Positions 1-8,174 of a stretch of 32,000 bases of DNA are shown here, piece after piece (positions within the stretch are counted from its first letter, which is position 1; each line of letters starts with the position of its first letter). The position numbers and the translations under genes were made by a program. The stretch comes from Longivirga aurantiaca. GTDB taxonomy: Bacteria; Actinomycetota; Actinomycetes; S36-B12; CAIYMF01. Below the pieces are notes generated by a model. The model saw only the letters and a program-made list of their open reading frames with translations. It made no database searches and was not told the DNA's origin. The stretch is from positions 960,001 through 992,000 of the forward strand of contig NZ_JBHSTI010000008.1 of the NCBI RefSeq assembly GCF_042660085.1, written 5' to 3'.

Positions 1-1
1 C

Positions 2-136
2 GAGGTCGTGATGACCGTGCCCGAGTCCCAGATCGTCGAGACCCTCGTGGAGATGGCGCTCGAGATGGCCGAGGAGATGGGCGTCGACCCCGAGAGCGGC
101 GAGGCCACCGGCCCGGTCGTCGTCCCGGTCGGCTGA
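2..136 (+). CDS. C-terminal 44 aa of a protein that begins before the window (EVVMTVPESQIVETLVEMALEMAEEMGVDPESGEATGPVVVPVG), product not identifiable
   Basis: Open frame from the window edge to TGA at 134-136, with typical high-GC codon pattern. Confidence 0.5.
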   Translation, partial: EVVMTVPESQIVETLVEMALEMAEEMGVDPESGEATGPVVVPVG

Positions 137-137
137 C

Positions 138-1058
138 TCAGCCGCGCAGCAGGTCGGCGAGCGCGCGCAGGCCGGATCCGTCCTCGCGCTCCCATCCGGC
201 CATCAGCTCCGGCAGGGGCGCGGGCAGCCGGCAGACGAGCCGGCGGTGCACGGGCCGGATCCGCAGCAGCCAGTCGCGGAGGTCGCGCAGGTCGGCACCC
301 CTCTCCGGCTCGACGTAGAGGCGTACGCCGTCGACGATCGACGACTCGTCCTCGATCCGCCGCATCGGGCAGGTCTCATGGGCCGCGAGCAGCGCAGCGC
401 GCGCGTCGCGGACCGTGTCGTGCAGCTGCTCCGGGCCCACGCCGTACGGGATCGCGGTGATCACGAGGTGCCCGCCCTCGGCGCGGATCGTGCTGTCGAC
501 CGTGAGCGTCACCTCTCGCCCGGCGCGAAGCCCCGCGAGGTCGCCACTGATCTCGCACCCGGTCGGCAGCGCGGGCGGGCCGAGGTCGGCGCGACCTGCC
601 AGCAGCGCACCCACCACCGACGCCGGGTCGTACGGCGGATGCGCTCCTCCGCGGAAGAGCGTGCCCTCCACCAGGCCGAGCGGGACGGGTCCGACCTCCT
701 GCCGCTCGGACGCGAGGGCGAGCGCCCCGACGGGGGAGAGCCGCACGTCGACCTGCTCCGGGTCGGCGGGCCCGGCGTCGCGCGAGCCGGCGTTGCCGAG
801 CAGCTCGACCAGCGGCAGGTGCACCGACCAGGGGACGCCTCGTCGCACGAGGCGGGCGTAGGCGTCGCGCGGGTCGGCCCCGCTCCGCTGCGCCACCACC
901 TGGAGCACGCGCGCGCAGACCACCGGCTCGCCGGCGTCGTCCGCACCGAGCAGGTCGACGGCGTCGAGCAGGGCGGCCTCGACCGAGTCGAGACCGGTGC
1001 GCGTGCTGACCACGACGTCCGTCACGGGGAGACGGTACGGCGAGGTGCCCTTCGTCAC
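138..1058 (-). CDS. Divergent, truncated type IIA topoisomerase A-subunit (GyrA/ParC)-like protein, probably non-catalytic
   Basis: 306-aa ORF with GTG start. Blocks match the GyrA breakage-reunion domain in order: LVELLGNAGS...VRLSP (cf. LVDGQGNFGS...IRLA), ...LPTGCEISG (cf. FPTAAIING), LVITAIPYGVGPEQL (cf. IIVHEIPYQVNKARL), IEDESSIVDGVRLYVEPERGAD (cf. LRDESDKDGMRIVIEVKRDA). Confidence 0.8.
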   Translation of the reverse strand: MTKGTSPYRLPVTDVVVSTRTGLDSVEAALLDAVDLLGADDAGEPVVCARVLQVVAQRSGADPRDAYARLVRRGVPWSVHLPLVELLGNAGSRDAGPADPEQVDVRLSPVGALALASERQEVGPVPLGLVEGTLFRGGAHPPYDPASVVGALLAGRADLGPPALPTGCEISGDLAGLRAGREVTLTVDSTIRAEGGHLVITAIPYGVGPEQLHDTVRDARAALLAAHETCPMRRIEDESSIVDGVRLYVEPERGADLRDLRDWLLRIRPVHRRLVCRLPAPLPELMAGWEREDGSGLRALADLLRG

Positions 1059-1097
1059 AGCCGTCGATCGCCCTGCCCGGTCGCCGCGCGCGAGATA

Positions 1098-1111
1098 TTA
1101 CTAGCGGGTAA
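1098..1111. promoter_or_regulatory. Imperfect palindrome TTACTAGCGGGTAA in an AT-rich pocket of a divergent intergenic region, possible repressor operator
   Basis: Dyad TTAC/GTAA with 5 of 7 half-site positions matching. It lies between divergent ORFs starting at 1058 (-) and 1138 (+), 27 nt upstream of the + ORF start. Confidence 0.3.
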
Positions 1112-1137
1112 CATAGGGATCGATCAAGGAGGTCGCC

Positions 1138-1356
1138 ATGACCAGCACCCTGCACCTTCCGCCCGCCGTCGAGCACGCCGCGCACGAGGTCGTCCACCAG
1201 GCAGGGGCCGTGACCCACCAGGTTGCCGTCGCCGCGCACGGGATGACCGATGCTGCGCACCACCTCGGCGATGCCGTCGTCGACGTGCTGCTGTCGCCGC
1301 TCACCCCCGACCTCGCCGACTTCCACGTCGAGTTCACCGAGGACGACATCCTCTGA
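1138..1356 (+). CDS. Small 72-aa histidine-rich hypothetical protein
   Basis: ATG preceded by a strong Shine-Dalgarno (aaggagg at about 1126-1132). The product has 9 His residues, six of them at exact 7-residue spacing, and an acidic C-terminus. Confidence 0.65.
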   Translation: MTSTLHLPPAVEHAAHEVVHQAGAVTHQVAVAAHGMTDAAHHLGDAVVDVLLSPLTPDLADFHVEFTEDDIL

Positions 1357-1378
1357 CCCGTCCGCCCTCCGGCGATTC

Positions 1379-1445
1379 GCCCCCGATCTGGTTGCCTCTC
1401 GCCGCGATTGGTCGTGAAGTAGCGACCAATCCGGGGCCAGATTCA
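1379..1445 (-). repeat. Copy A of an imperfect ~67-bp inverted repeat flanking the DUF559-like gene; contains an internal 9-bp hairpin
   Basis: The reverse complement of 1379-1445 aligns ungapped with 2484-2550 at 52/67 positions by hand count. Internal stem GATTGGTCG (1406-1414)/CGACCAATC (1423-1431). Confidence 0.75.
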
Positions 1446-2405
1446 TCGGGTTCTCGCGTCCCTGAGCGCCTCGGTCACGCGTGCCACGACGCGTTGTGGC
1501 GCGCCCCACGTCTCGTCGGAGGTCCAGCGCACGAAGCGGTAGCCCATGCGTCGGAGCGAGTCCTCGCGCACCTTCTCCGCGCGGAGCGACTCGCGGTCGC
1601 GCAGTTTGCCCCATCCGTCTGCCTCGCCGATGACGCGCAGCGTGCGCCACAGGAAGTCCAGGGGGTAGCGTCGGCCGTCGTCGTCGACCACCCACGCCTG
1701 CAGCTCGGGACGGGGCAGATCGGCCTCGATGAACAGCCCCCTCGACGCCGACTCGAGCGGTGTCTCGGCAAGGCGGTCGGCCGCCTCGATCGCGCGCCGC
1801 AACCCCGCCCGGCCGTAGACGAACCGTGTCCGGTCGAGGGCCCCGTACAGGTCGCGCCGCGGCACGCTCCGGAGTGCCGCGTCGAGCACGACCAACGCCT
1901 CGGGGAGGGGCCGGAACCGAGCCAGGTCGATCGCGGTCCTCGCGACCGACGTCACCGGGAGTCCGTACGCCGCATGTCGGTCCTCCTCGGCGACGTCGGC
2001 GATCCACAGATGCGCTCCACGCATGATCCGGCCGTGCCGCGCACTGGTGATCTGCACCTCCTCCGGCACCCGCGGACCCGGCCTCATCGTCGGCTGATGC
2101 AGCAGCAGCCCGGCGGACTCGCGCGACACCCAGGCTTCGGCGTCCATGGCCGCGAGAATCCGCACCGCGAGGGCGACGTGGAGTTCGCGCTCGGCGAGAG
2201 GATCTCCACCGCTCCCGAGGCCCCTGTCGATCGGTACGCCGACCACGCCGTGCCGGAAGCGCACGAGGGTGCCGGCCTCGACCGCGGCGCGGACCTGGCC
2301 GCGCGTAAGTCCGGAGGCGAGGACGGCGGCCACGGGGTGCGGGCCCTCACCGAGCAGGGACAGGACCGCGGCGGCGGTCTCCTGGGTGCGATGGATGGGC
2401 GGCAC
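1443..2405 (-). CDS. AbiEi-like winged-helix N-terminus plus DUF559/VSR-like endonuclease-fold C-terminal domain protein
   Basis: C-terminal block YPLDFLWRTLRVIGEADGWGKL...EKVREDSLRRMGYRFVRWTSDE is typical of DUF559 (VSR-like) proteins. N-terminus TQETAAAVLSLLGEGPHPVAAVLASGLTRGQVRAAVEAGTLVRFRHGVVGVP resembles AbiEi antitoxin HTH domains. The GTG start at 2405 is inferred; the open frame runs to 3083 only because of high GC. Confidence 0.75.
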   Translation of the reverse strand: MPPIHRTQETAAAVLSLLGEGPHPVAAVLASGLTRGQVRAAVEAGTLVRFRHGVVGVPIDRGLGSGGDPLAERELHVALAVRILAAMDAEAWVSRESAGLLLHQPTMRPGPRVPEEVQITSARHGRIMRGAHLWIADVAEEDRHAAYGLPVTSVARTAIDLARFRPLPEALVVLDAALRSVPRRDLYGALDRTRFVYGRAGLRRAIEAADRLAETPLESASRGLFIEADLPRPELQAWVVDDDGRRYPLDFLWRTLRVIGEADGWGKLRDRESLRAEKVREDSLRRMGYRFVRWTSDETWGAPQRVVARVTEALRDARTR

Positions 2406-2483
2406 GGCGTCATGGTGGGTGGGTCCGTCGTACCCCCGCTGCCGCCGTCCACAGGGCACCGGCCACCGGATCACTGGGGGGCG

Positions 2484-2550
2484 TGAATCTGCCCCCGGTT
2501 GGGTCGTGACTTCACAACACAACGCGCCGAGACACGACGAAATCGGGGGC
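2484..2550 (+). repeat. Copy B of the inverted repeat flanking the DUF559-like gene
   Basis: TGAATCTGCCCCCGGTTGGGTCGTGACTTCAC...AAATCGGGGGC aligns with the reverse complement of 1379-1445. Its ends pair as TGCCCCCG/CGGGGGCA. Confidence 0.75.
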
Positions 2551-2580
2551 AAGAGCCCGAGACGGCGCGGGTCCGGCAGG

Positions 2581-3441
2581 ATGTGCGGCGTGACGACGGC
2601 GACCGCGGGCGTGCTCCGCGTGCTCGGGCCGCGCGACCTCGCCGAGGTCCGCGCCCTGCTCGCCCGCGACCCGGTCTCGCACTGCTTCGTCGCCTCGCGC
2701 GTGCTCACCAGCGGCCTCGACACGTGGCGCATGGGCGGCGAGCTCTGGGGCTGGACCGAGGACGGCGAGCTCACCTCGCTGCTGTACCTCGGCGCCAACC
2801 TCGTCCCGGTGGAGACCACTCCCGAGGCCCGCCGCGCCTTCGCCGACCGGTGCCGCCGGATCGGACGCCGCTGCTCCTCGATCGTCGGCCCGTACGACGA
2901 CGTCGCCGTCCTCTGGTCGATGCTCGCCGACTCCTGGGGCCCGGCCCGCGACATCCGAGCGTCCCAGCCGGTCATGGTGATCGAGCGCGACGCACCCGTC
3001 CGCGTGCCTGCCGACCCGCTCGTGCGCCGCGTGCGCGAGGACGAGATCGACATCCTCATGCCCGCGTGCGTGGCGATGTTCACCGAGGAGGTCGGCGTCT
3101 CGCCCCTCGCCGGCGGCGGGGCCGACCCCTACCGCGCCCGTATCGCCGAGCTCGTCCGCTCGGGCCGCGCCTTCGCGCGGATCGAGGACGGCCGCGTCAT
3201 CACCAAGGCCGAGGTCGGGGCGGTCGGCGACGGCGTCTGCCAGGTGCAGGGCGTGTGGACCGCGCCCGAGCTGCGCGGCCGCGGGCTCGGGCTGGCCGCG
3301 ATGGGCCAGGTGGTGTCGCTGGCTCGCGAGATCACGCCCACGGTGAGCCTCTACGTCAACGACTTCAACGTCGTCGCGCGGCACGTCTACGAGCGCGTCG
3401 GCTTCCACCAGACGGCCACCTTCTCGACCGTCCTGTTCTGA
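2581..3441 (+). CDS. GNAT family N-acetyltransferase with DUF4081-like N-terminal region
   Basis: GVWTAPELRGRGLGLAAMGQVVSLAREITPTVSLYVNDFNVVARHVYERVGFHQTATF is a classic GNAT acetyl-CoA-binding and C-terminal motif. Alternative GTG start at 2590. Confidence 0.88.
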   Translation: MCGVTTATAGVLRVLGPRDLAEVRALLARDPVSHCFVASRVLTSGLDTWRMGGELWGWTEDGELTSLLYLGANLVPVETTPEARRAFADRCRRIGRRCSSIVGPYDDVAVLWSMLADSWGPARDIRASQPVMVIERDAPVRVPADPLVRRVREDEIDILMPACVAMFTEEVGVSPLAGGGADPYRARIAELVRSGRAFARIEDGRVITKAEVGAVGDGVCQVQGVWTAPELRGRGLGLAAMGQVVSLAREITPTVSLYVNDFNVVARHVYERVGFHQTATFSTVLF

Positions 3442-3469
3442 CCTCCGCGCGGCGGGATCACCGCCGGGC

Positions 3470-4738
3470 ATGGGGGAGGATGGTCGGATGCTGCACCGTC
3501 CCGCCTCCGACTCCCTGTGGGCGGACCGGGACTTCCGGCTCTACTGGGTCAGCCGCGTCATCTCGTACGCCGGCGGCACGATCACGTACGTCGCCGCGCC
3601 CATCCTGGTGTACGCGCTCACCGGTTCCGCGCTGCTCACCGGCGTCACCGCGGCGACGGAGGGGCTGCCGTACCTCCTGTTCGGCCTGTTCGCCGGCGCC
3701 CTGGCCGACCGCGTCGACCGCCGCCGGGTCATGGTCGGCTCCGACCTCATCAACGCGGTCGTCCTCGCGACCGTGCCGATCGCGGCCGCCCTCGGGCGGC
3801 TGACCGCGGCGCACGTCATCGTCGTCGGCCTCGTCACGATGACGGTCTTCGTCTTCTGGGACGCCGCCAACTTCGGCGCGGTGCCCACCCTCGTGGGCAG
3901 GGACCGCATCCGCGAGGCGAACAACGCCGTCTGGGGCGCGACCCAGGTGTTCGACGTCGTGCTCCCCGGCCTGGTCGGACTGGTCGTCGCCTGGCTGGCG
4001 CCGTCGACCCTCTACTGGGTCAACGCGTTCACGTTCCTCGCGAGCGCTTTCCTCGTCCGCGGGATCGTGCGCAACCTGTCGGGCGAGCGCGACCCCGACG
4101 CGGGCCGGCTGCGCGAGGACGTGCTCACCGGCCTGCGCTGGCTGTGGGGCCACACCACGCTGCGCACGATGACGTTCATCGGCACGACCGTGTCGTTCAG
4201 CATGGGCGCGGTCATGGGTCAGCTGGTGCCGTTCGCCGACCAGGTGCTCGGCATCCGGCAGGGCGACGTACGGCTCGGGGCGGTGTTCGCCGTCTTCAGC
4301 CTCGGCGGACTCGTGGGCACGCTCGCGAGCCGGTGGCTGCGGCCCTTCACCGCTGCCCGGGTGAGCCTCGTGAGCACGTCGTTCATGGCGGTGCTGATCG
4401 TGCTCATCCCGTGGCCGAGGGACTACCGCGTGACCTTCGTGCTCGTCTTCCTGTTCGGAGTCGCGAACCTCATCAGCGTCGTCAACAACATCACCTTCCG
4501 CCAGGAGGAGACGCCCGAGGACATGCAGAGCCGGGTCAACACCACCGGCCGGATGCTCAGCTGGGGCCTGGGCGCCCCGGCGGGCGCCCTCGTCGGCGGC
4601 ATCGTCGCGCACGCCTACGGCCCGGCGCTCGGGATGGCGTCCGGGAGCATCGTCGTCATCGTCGGCGTCGCGCTCGGATGGACCTCCTCGCTCGCCCGGA
4701 TCCCCGCCCGGCGAGATCTCGTACGCGACACCGCCTGA
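3470..4738 (+). CDS. MFS transporter (MFS_3-like)
   Basis: Multiple hydrophobic helices; [23 protein letters not shown] loop 2-3 motif; [37 protein letters not shown]. Confidence 0.85.
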   Translation: MGEDGRMLHRPASDSLWADRDFRLYWVSRVISYAGGTITYVAAPILVYALTGSALLTGVTAATEGLPYLLFGLFAGALADRVDRRRVMVGSDLINAVVLATVPIAAALGRLTAAHVIVVGLVTMTVFVFWDAANFGAVPTLVGRDRIREANNAVWGATQVFDVVLPGLVGLVVAWLAPSTLYWVNAFTFLASAFLVRGIVRNLSGERDPDAGRLREDVLTGLRWLWGHTTLRTMTFIGTTVSFSMGAVMGQLVPFADQVLGIRQGDVRLGAVFAVFSLGGLVGTLASRWLRPFTAARVSLVSTSFMAVLIVLIPWPRDYRVTFVLVFLFGVANLISVVNNITFRQEETPEDMQSRVNTTGRMLSWGLGAPAGALVGGIVAHAYGPALGMASGSIVVIVGVALGWTSSLARIPARRDLVRDTA

Positions 4739-4794
4739 GCGGCCGATATCCTCGGGGTCCGCTCGCCCGCCCGTCCTGTCACCTGGAGACCCCT

Positions 4795-6558
4795 GTGCTG
4801 CTCCGCATGTCGTCGCTGTTCCTGCGCACCCTGCGCGAGGACCCCGCGGACGCCGAGGTGCCGAGCCACAAGCTCCTCGTGCGTGCCGGCTACGTGCGCC
4901 GTGTCGCGCCGGGCATCTTCACCTGGCTGCCGCTCGGCTACACGGTCTACCGCAACGTCGAGCGCATCATCCGCGCCGAGATGGATGCGGCGGGCTTCCA
5001 GGAGGTGCACTTCCCGGCGCTGCTGCCCCGTGAGCCCTACGAGGCCACGAACCGCTGGACCGAGTACGGCGCCGGCCTGTTCCGTCTGCAGGACCGCCGC
5101 GGCAACGACTTCCTGCTCGGCCCCACGCACGAGGAGATGTTCACGCTCCTCGTGAAGGGCGAGTACTCGTCGTACAAGGACCTGCCGCTGTCGATCTACC
5201 AGATCCAGACGAAGTACCGCGACGAGGCGCGTCCCCGCGCCGGCATCCTGCGCGGCCGCGAGTTCGTGATGAAGGACTCCTACTCCTTCGACGTCGACGA
5301 CGCCGGCCTGCAGGTGTCGTACGACAAGCACCGCGCTGCCTACCAGTCGACGTTCGAGCGGCTCGGCCTCGACTACGTGATCGTGTCGGCGCAGTCCGGT
5401 GCGATGGGCGGCTCGGCGTCGGAGGAGTTCCTCGCGCCCTGCGAGAGCGGCGAGGACACCTATGTGCGCTGCACGTCGTGCGACTACGCGGCCAACGTCG
5501 AGGCCGTCGTCACGCCCGTGCCCGACGCGGTCCCGTACGCCGATGCGCCCGCGGCCCACGTGGAGGACACGCCCGACACCCCCACGATCGACACGCTCGT
5601 GGCGGCCGCGAACGCCGACCACGCACGCCCCGACCGCGCCTGGACGGCGGCCGACACGCTGAAGAACGTCGCGTTCCTGGTGGCGCTGCCCGACGGCACG
5701 TCGTACCCCCTCGTCGTCGGCCTGCCCGGCGACCGCGAGGTCGACATGAAGCGCCTCGAGGCCGTGCTGCAGCCCGGCGAGCCCACGCCGATGGACGACG
5801 TCGAGCTGAAGAAGCACCCGCTCATCGTGAAGGGCTACCTCGGCCCCGAGGTGCTCGGCGAGGAGTCCGCGAGCGGCATCCGCTACGTCGTCGACCCGCG
5901 CGTGGTCGAGGGCACCCGGTGGATCACCGGCGCCAACGTGCACGGCAAGCACGTGTTCGACCTGGTCGCCGGTCGCGACTTCACGCCCGACGGCACGATC
6001 GAGGCCGCCGAGGTGCTGCCCGGCGACGTCTGCCCGCGGTGCGCGTCGGCGCTCGAGCTGGCCCGCGGCATCGAGATCGGCCACATCTTCCAGCTCGGTC
6101 GCAAGTACGCCGAGGCGCTCGACCTCAAGGTGCTCGACGAGAACGGCAAGCAGCAGGTCGTCACGATGGGCTCGTACGGCATCGGTGTCTCGCGCGCGGT
6201 CGCCGCGATCGCCGAGCAGAGCTTCGACGAGCTCGGCCTGTGCTGGCCGCGCGAGGTCGCGCCCGCCGACGTCCACCTGGTGGCCACCGGCAAGGACCAG
6301 GCCGTCTACGAGTATGCCGAGACCCTCGCCGCGGGCCTCGTGGCCCAGGGGCTGCGCGTGATCCTCGACGACCGCAAGCAGGCCTCGCCCGGGGTGAAGT
6401 TCAAGGACTCCGAGCTCGTCGGCGTCCCGACCATCGTCGTGGTCGGCAAGGGCCTCGTGGACGGTGTCGTCGAGCTCAAGGACCGCAAGTCCGGCCAGCG
6501 TGCCGAGCTCGCCGCCGACGGTGCGCTCGACGCGATCGTCGCGGCCTGCCGCGCATGA
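4795..6558 (+). CDS. proS: Prolyl-tRNA synthetase (bacterial type with editing insertion)
   Basis: Class II aaRS motifs: [31 protein letters not shown]...GPTHEEMFT...[32 protein letters not shown]...GSYGIGVSR. Alternative ATG start at 4807. Confidence 0.97.
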   Translation: MLLRMSSLFLRTLREDPADAEVPSHKLLVRAGYVRRVAPGIFTWLPLGYTVYRNVERIIRAEMDAAGFQEVHFPALLPREPYEATNRWTEYGAGLFRLQDRRGNDFLLGPTHEEMFTLLVKGEYSSYKDLPLSIYQIQTKYRDEARPRAGILRGREFVMKDSYSFDVDDAGLQVSYDKHRAAYQSTFERLGLDYVIVSAQSGAMGGSASEEFLAPCESGEDTYVRCTSCDYAANVEAVVTPVPDAVPYADAPAAHVEDTPDTPTIDTLVAAANADHARPDRAWTAADTLKNVAFLVALPDGTSYPLVVGLPGDREVDMKRLEAVLQPGEPTPMDDVELKKHPLIVKGYLGPEVLGEESASGIRYVVDPRVVEGTRWITGANVHGKHVFDLVAGRDFTPDGTIEAAEVLPGDVCPRCASALELARGIEIGHIFQLGRKYAEALDLKVLDENGKQQVVTMGSYGIGVSRAVAAIAEQSFDELGLCWPREVAPADVHLVATGKDQAVYEYAETLAAGLVAQGLRVILDDRKQASPGVKFKDSELVGVPTIVVVGKGLVDGVVELKDRKSGQRAELAADGALDAIVAACRA

Positions 6559-7301
6559 CCACGGTCGAGGCCGTCGTCTTCGACTGGGGCGGCACCCTCA
6601 CGCCCTGGCACGAGATCGACCTGGTCGCCCAGTGGTATGCGTACGCCCAGGTCTACGACCCCGTGCACGGTGCTGAGCTCGCGCGTCGGCTGTTCGACGC
6701 CGAGGAGTCGTTCTGGCAGCGCCAGCGCGCGTCCTTCGGCGCGGAGGGCACGGGGCACCTCGCGGGCGTGTTCGAGCGGGCCGGCATCGACACCTCGACC
6801 TGGCAGCACCGCGACGCGCTCGACGCCTACCTCGACGCGTGGGACCCGCACACCCACACGAGCCCCGAGGTGGTGCCGCTGCTCGAGGGGCTGCGCGCCG
6901 ACGGTCTGAAGGTCGGCGTGCTGTCGAACACCATGTGGCCCAGGTCCTTCCACGAGCAGGTGTTCACGCGCGACGGCGTCCTGCCCCTGATCGACGGCGC
7001 GGTCTACACGAGCGAGACCCCGGTCGGGAAGCCGCATGCCGACGCGTTCGCCCTCGCGCTGGCGGCCGTCGGTGTCGCTGACGCGAGCCGGGTCGTGTTC
7101 GTCGGCGACCGCCCGTGGGACGACGTCCACGGCGCGCAGCAGGTCGGCATGCGCGCGATCCTCGTTCCGCACTCGGACATCCCCGACCACCAGCAGGTGC
7201 CGGTCGACGTCACGCCCGACGCCGTGGTGCAGAGCATCGGCGACGTGCTCGACGTCGTCCGCGCCTGGAACGCCGAGGCCGTGCGCGCCACCGGCGCCTG
7301 A
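6555..7301 (+). CDS. HAD family hydrolase with variant motif I (DWGGT)
   Basis: [55 protein letters not shown]. Overlaps the proS stop by 4 bp. Confidence 0.88.
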   Translation: MTTVEAVVFDWGGTLTPWHEIDLVAQWYAYAQVYDPVHGAELARRLFDAEESFWQRQRASFGAEGTGHLAGVFERAGIDTSTWQHRDALDAYLDAWDPHTHTSPEVVPLLEGLRADGLKVGVLSNTMWPRSFHEQVFTRDGVLPLIDGAVYTSETPVGKPHADAFALALAAVGVADASRVVFVGDRPWDDVHGAQQVGMRAILVPHSDIPDHQQVPVDVTPDAVVQSIGDVLDVVRAWNAEAVRATGA

Positions 7302-7309
7302 CCGCCTCG

Positions 7310-8110
7310 ATGGACACCGTCCTCGGCGTCACGCCGCTCGTGCTGGTGGCGCTGCTGGGCGCGGCCATGCTCGCGGGCTGGGTCGACGCGGTGTCCGGCG
7401 GCGGCGGTCTCGTGCAGCTGCCCGCGCTGCTCGTGGCGCTCCCCGGTGCCGAGCCCGCCACGGTGCTCGGCACCAACAAGGCGTCGTCGATCATCGGCAC
7501 CTCCGCGGCCGCGCTCACCTACCGCCGGGCCGCCGTCACCGATGTCGGCACGGCCGTGCGCATGGCGGCAGCGGCCTTCGTCGGGTCGGCCTGCGGCGCG
7601 GCGCTCGCCACGCGGGTGCCCGGCTCGCTGTTCCGCCCGCTCGCGCTGGTGCTGCTCGTCGTCGTCGGGCTGTGGACGTTGCTCCGCCCGAACCTGGGGG
7701 ACACGCAGGATCTGCGCTGGCACGGCACCGAGTCGCATGCGCGGCACGGCATCGCGGCGCTCGCGCTCGGCGCCGGCATCGGCCTGTACGACGGCGTGTT
7801 CGGCCCCGGCACCGGCACGTTCCTGGTGTTCGCGCTGGTCTCGCTGCTCGGCTACTCGTTCCTCAACGCCTCGGCCATCGCCAAGGTCGTCAACGTCTCG
7901 ACCAACCTCGCCGCGCTCATCGTGTTCGGCCTCGGCGGGCACGTGCTCTGGGCGCTGGGCCTCGCGATGGGCGCGGCCAACCTCGTCGGGGGAGTGGTCG
8001 GCGCGCGGACCGCGGTGAAGCGCGGATCGGGCTTCGTGCGGATCGTGTTCCTCGTGGTCGTCGGCGTACTCCTCGTGAAGCTCGGCAGCGACGTCCTGCG
8101 CGGCGAGTAG
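7310..8110 (+). CDS. Sulfite exporter TauE/SafE family membrane protein
   Basis: GWVDAVSGGGGLVQLPALL...TVLGTNKASSIIGTSAA...GLYDGVFGPGTGTFLVFALVSLLGYSFLNASA motifs. Confidence 0.92.
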   Translation: MDTVLGVTPLVLVALLGAAMLAGWVDAVSGGGGLVQLPALLVALPGAEPATVLGTNKASSIIGTSAAALTYRRAAVTDVGTAVRMAAAAFVGSACGAALATRVPGSLFRPLALVLLVVVGLWTLLRPNLGDTQDLRWHGTESHARHGIAALALGAGIGLYDGVFGPGTGTFLVFALVSLLGYSFLNASAIAKVVNVSTNLAALIVFGLGGHVLWALGLAMGAANLVGGVVGARTAVKRGSGFVRIVFLVVVGVLLVKLGSDVLRGE

Positions 8111-8112
8111 CC

Positions 8113-8174
8113 CGCCTCACGCACCGAAGCTCCAGAAACCGCAGCCGGTTTGTGGCACCTACGTGCGTGAGGCG
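8113..8174. terminator. Inverted repeat between convergent genes (12-bp outer arms, 6-bp inner hairpin), possible bidirectional terminator
   Basis: CGCCTCACGCAC (8113-8124)/GTGCGTGAGGCG (8163-8174) perfect arms; inner AAACCG (8136-8141)/CGGTTT (8146-8151). Confidence 0.5.

Noticed and set aside
246-2486. 746-aa plus-strand ORF covering the GyrA-like and DUF559 genes
   Set aside because: Arg/Ala-rich low-complexity translation antisense or out of frame to better-supported ORFs; no motif.
2406-3083. N-terminal extension of the DUF559-like ORF (track gives 1443..3083)
   Set aside because: The extension lies antisense to the GNAT gene and inside repeat copy B; similarity to the AbiEi-like domain begins near 2405.
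3517-4794. Upstream extension of the proS frame through the MFS gene
   Set aside because: Out-of-frame reading of the MFS transporter; ProRS homology starts at [12 protein letters not shown].
4615-6276. 553-aa minus-strand ORF antisense to proS
   Set aside because: proS is unambiguous on the + strand; this is a codon-position artefact of high GC.
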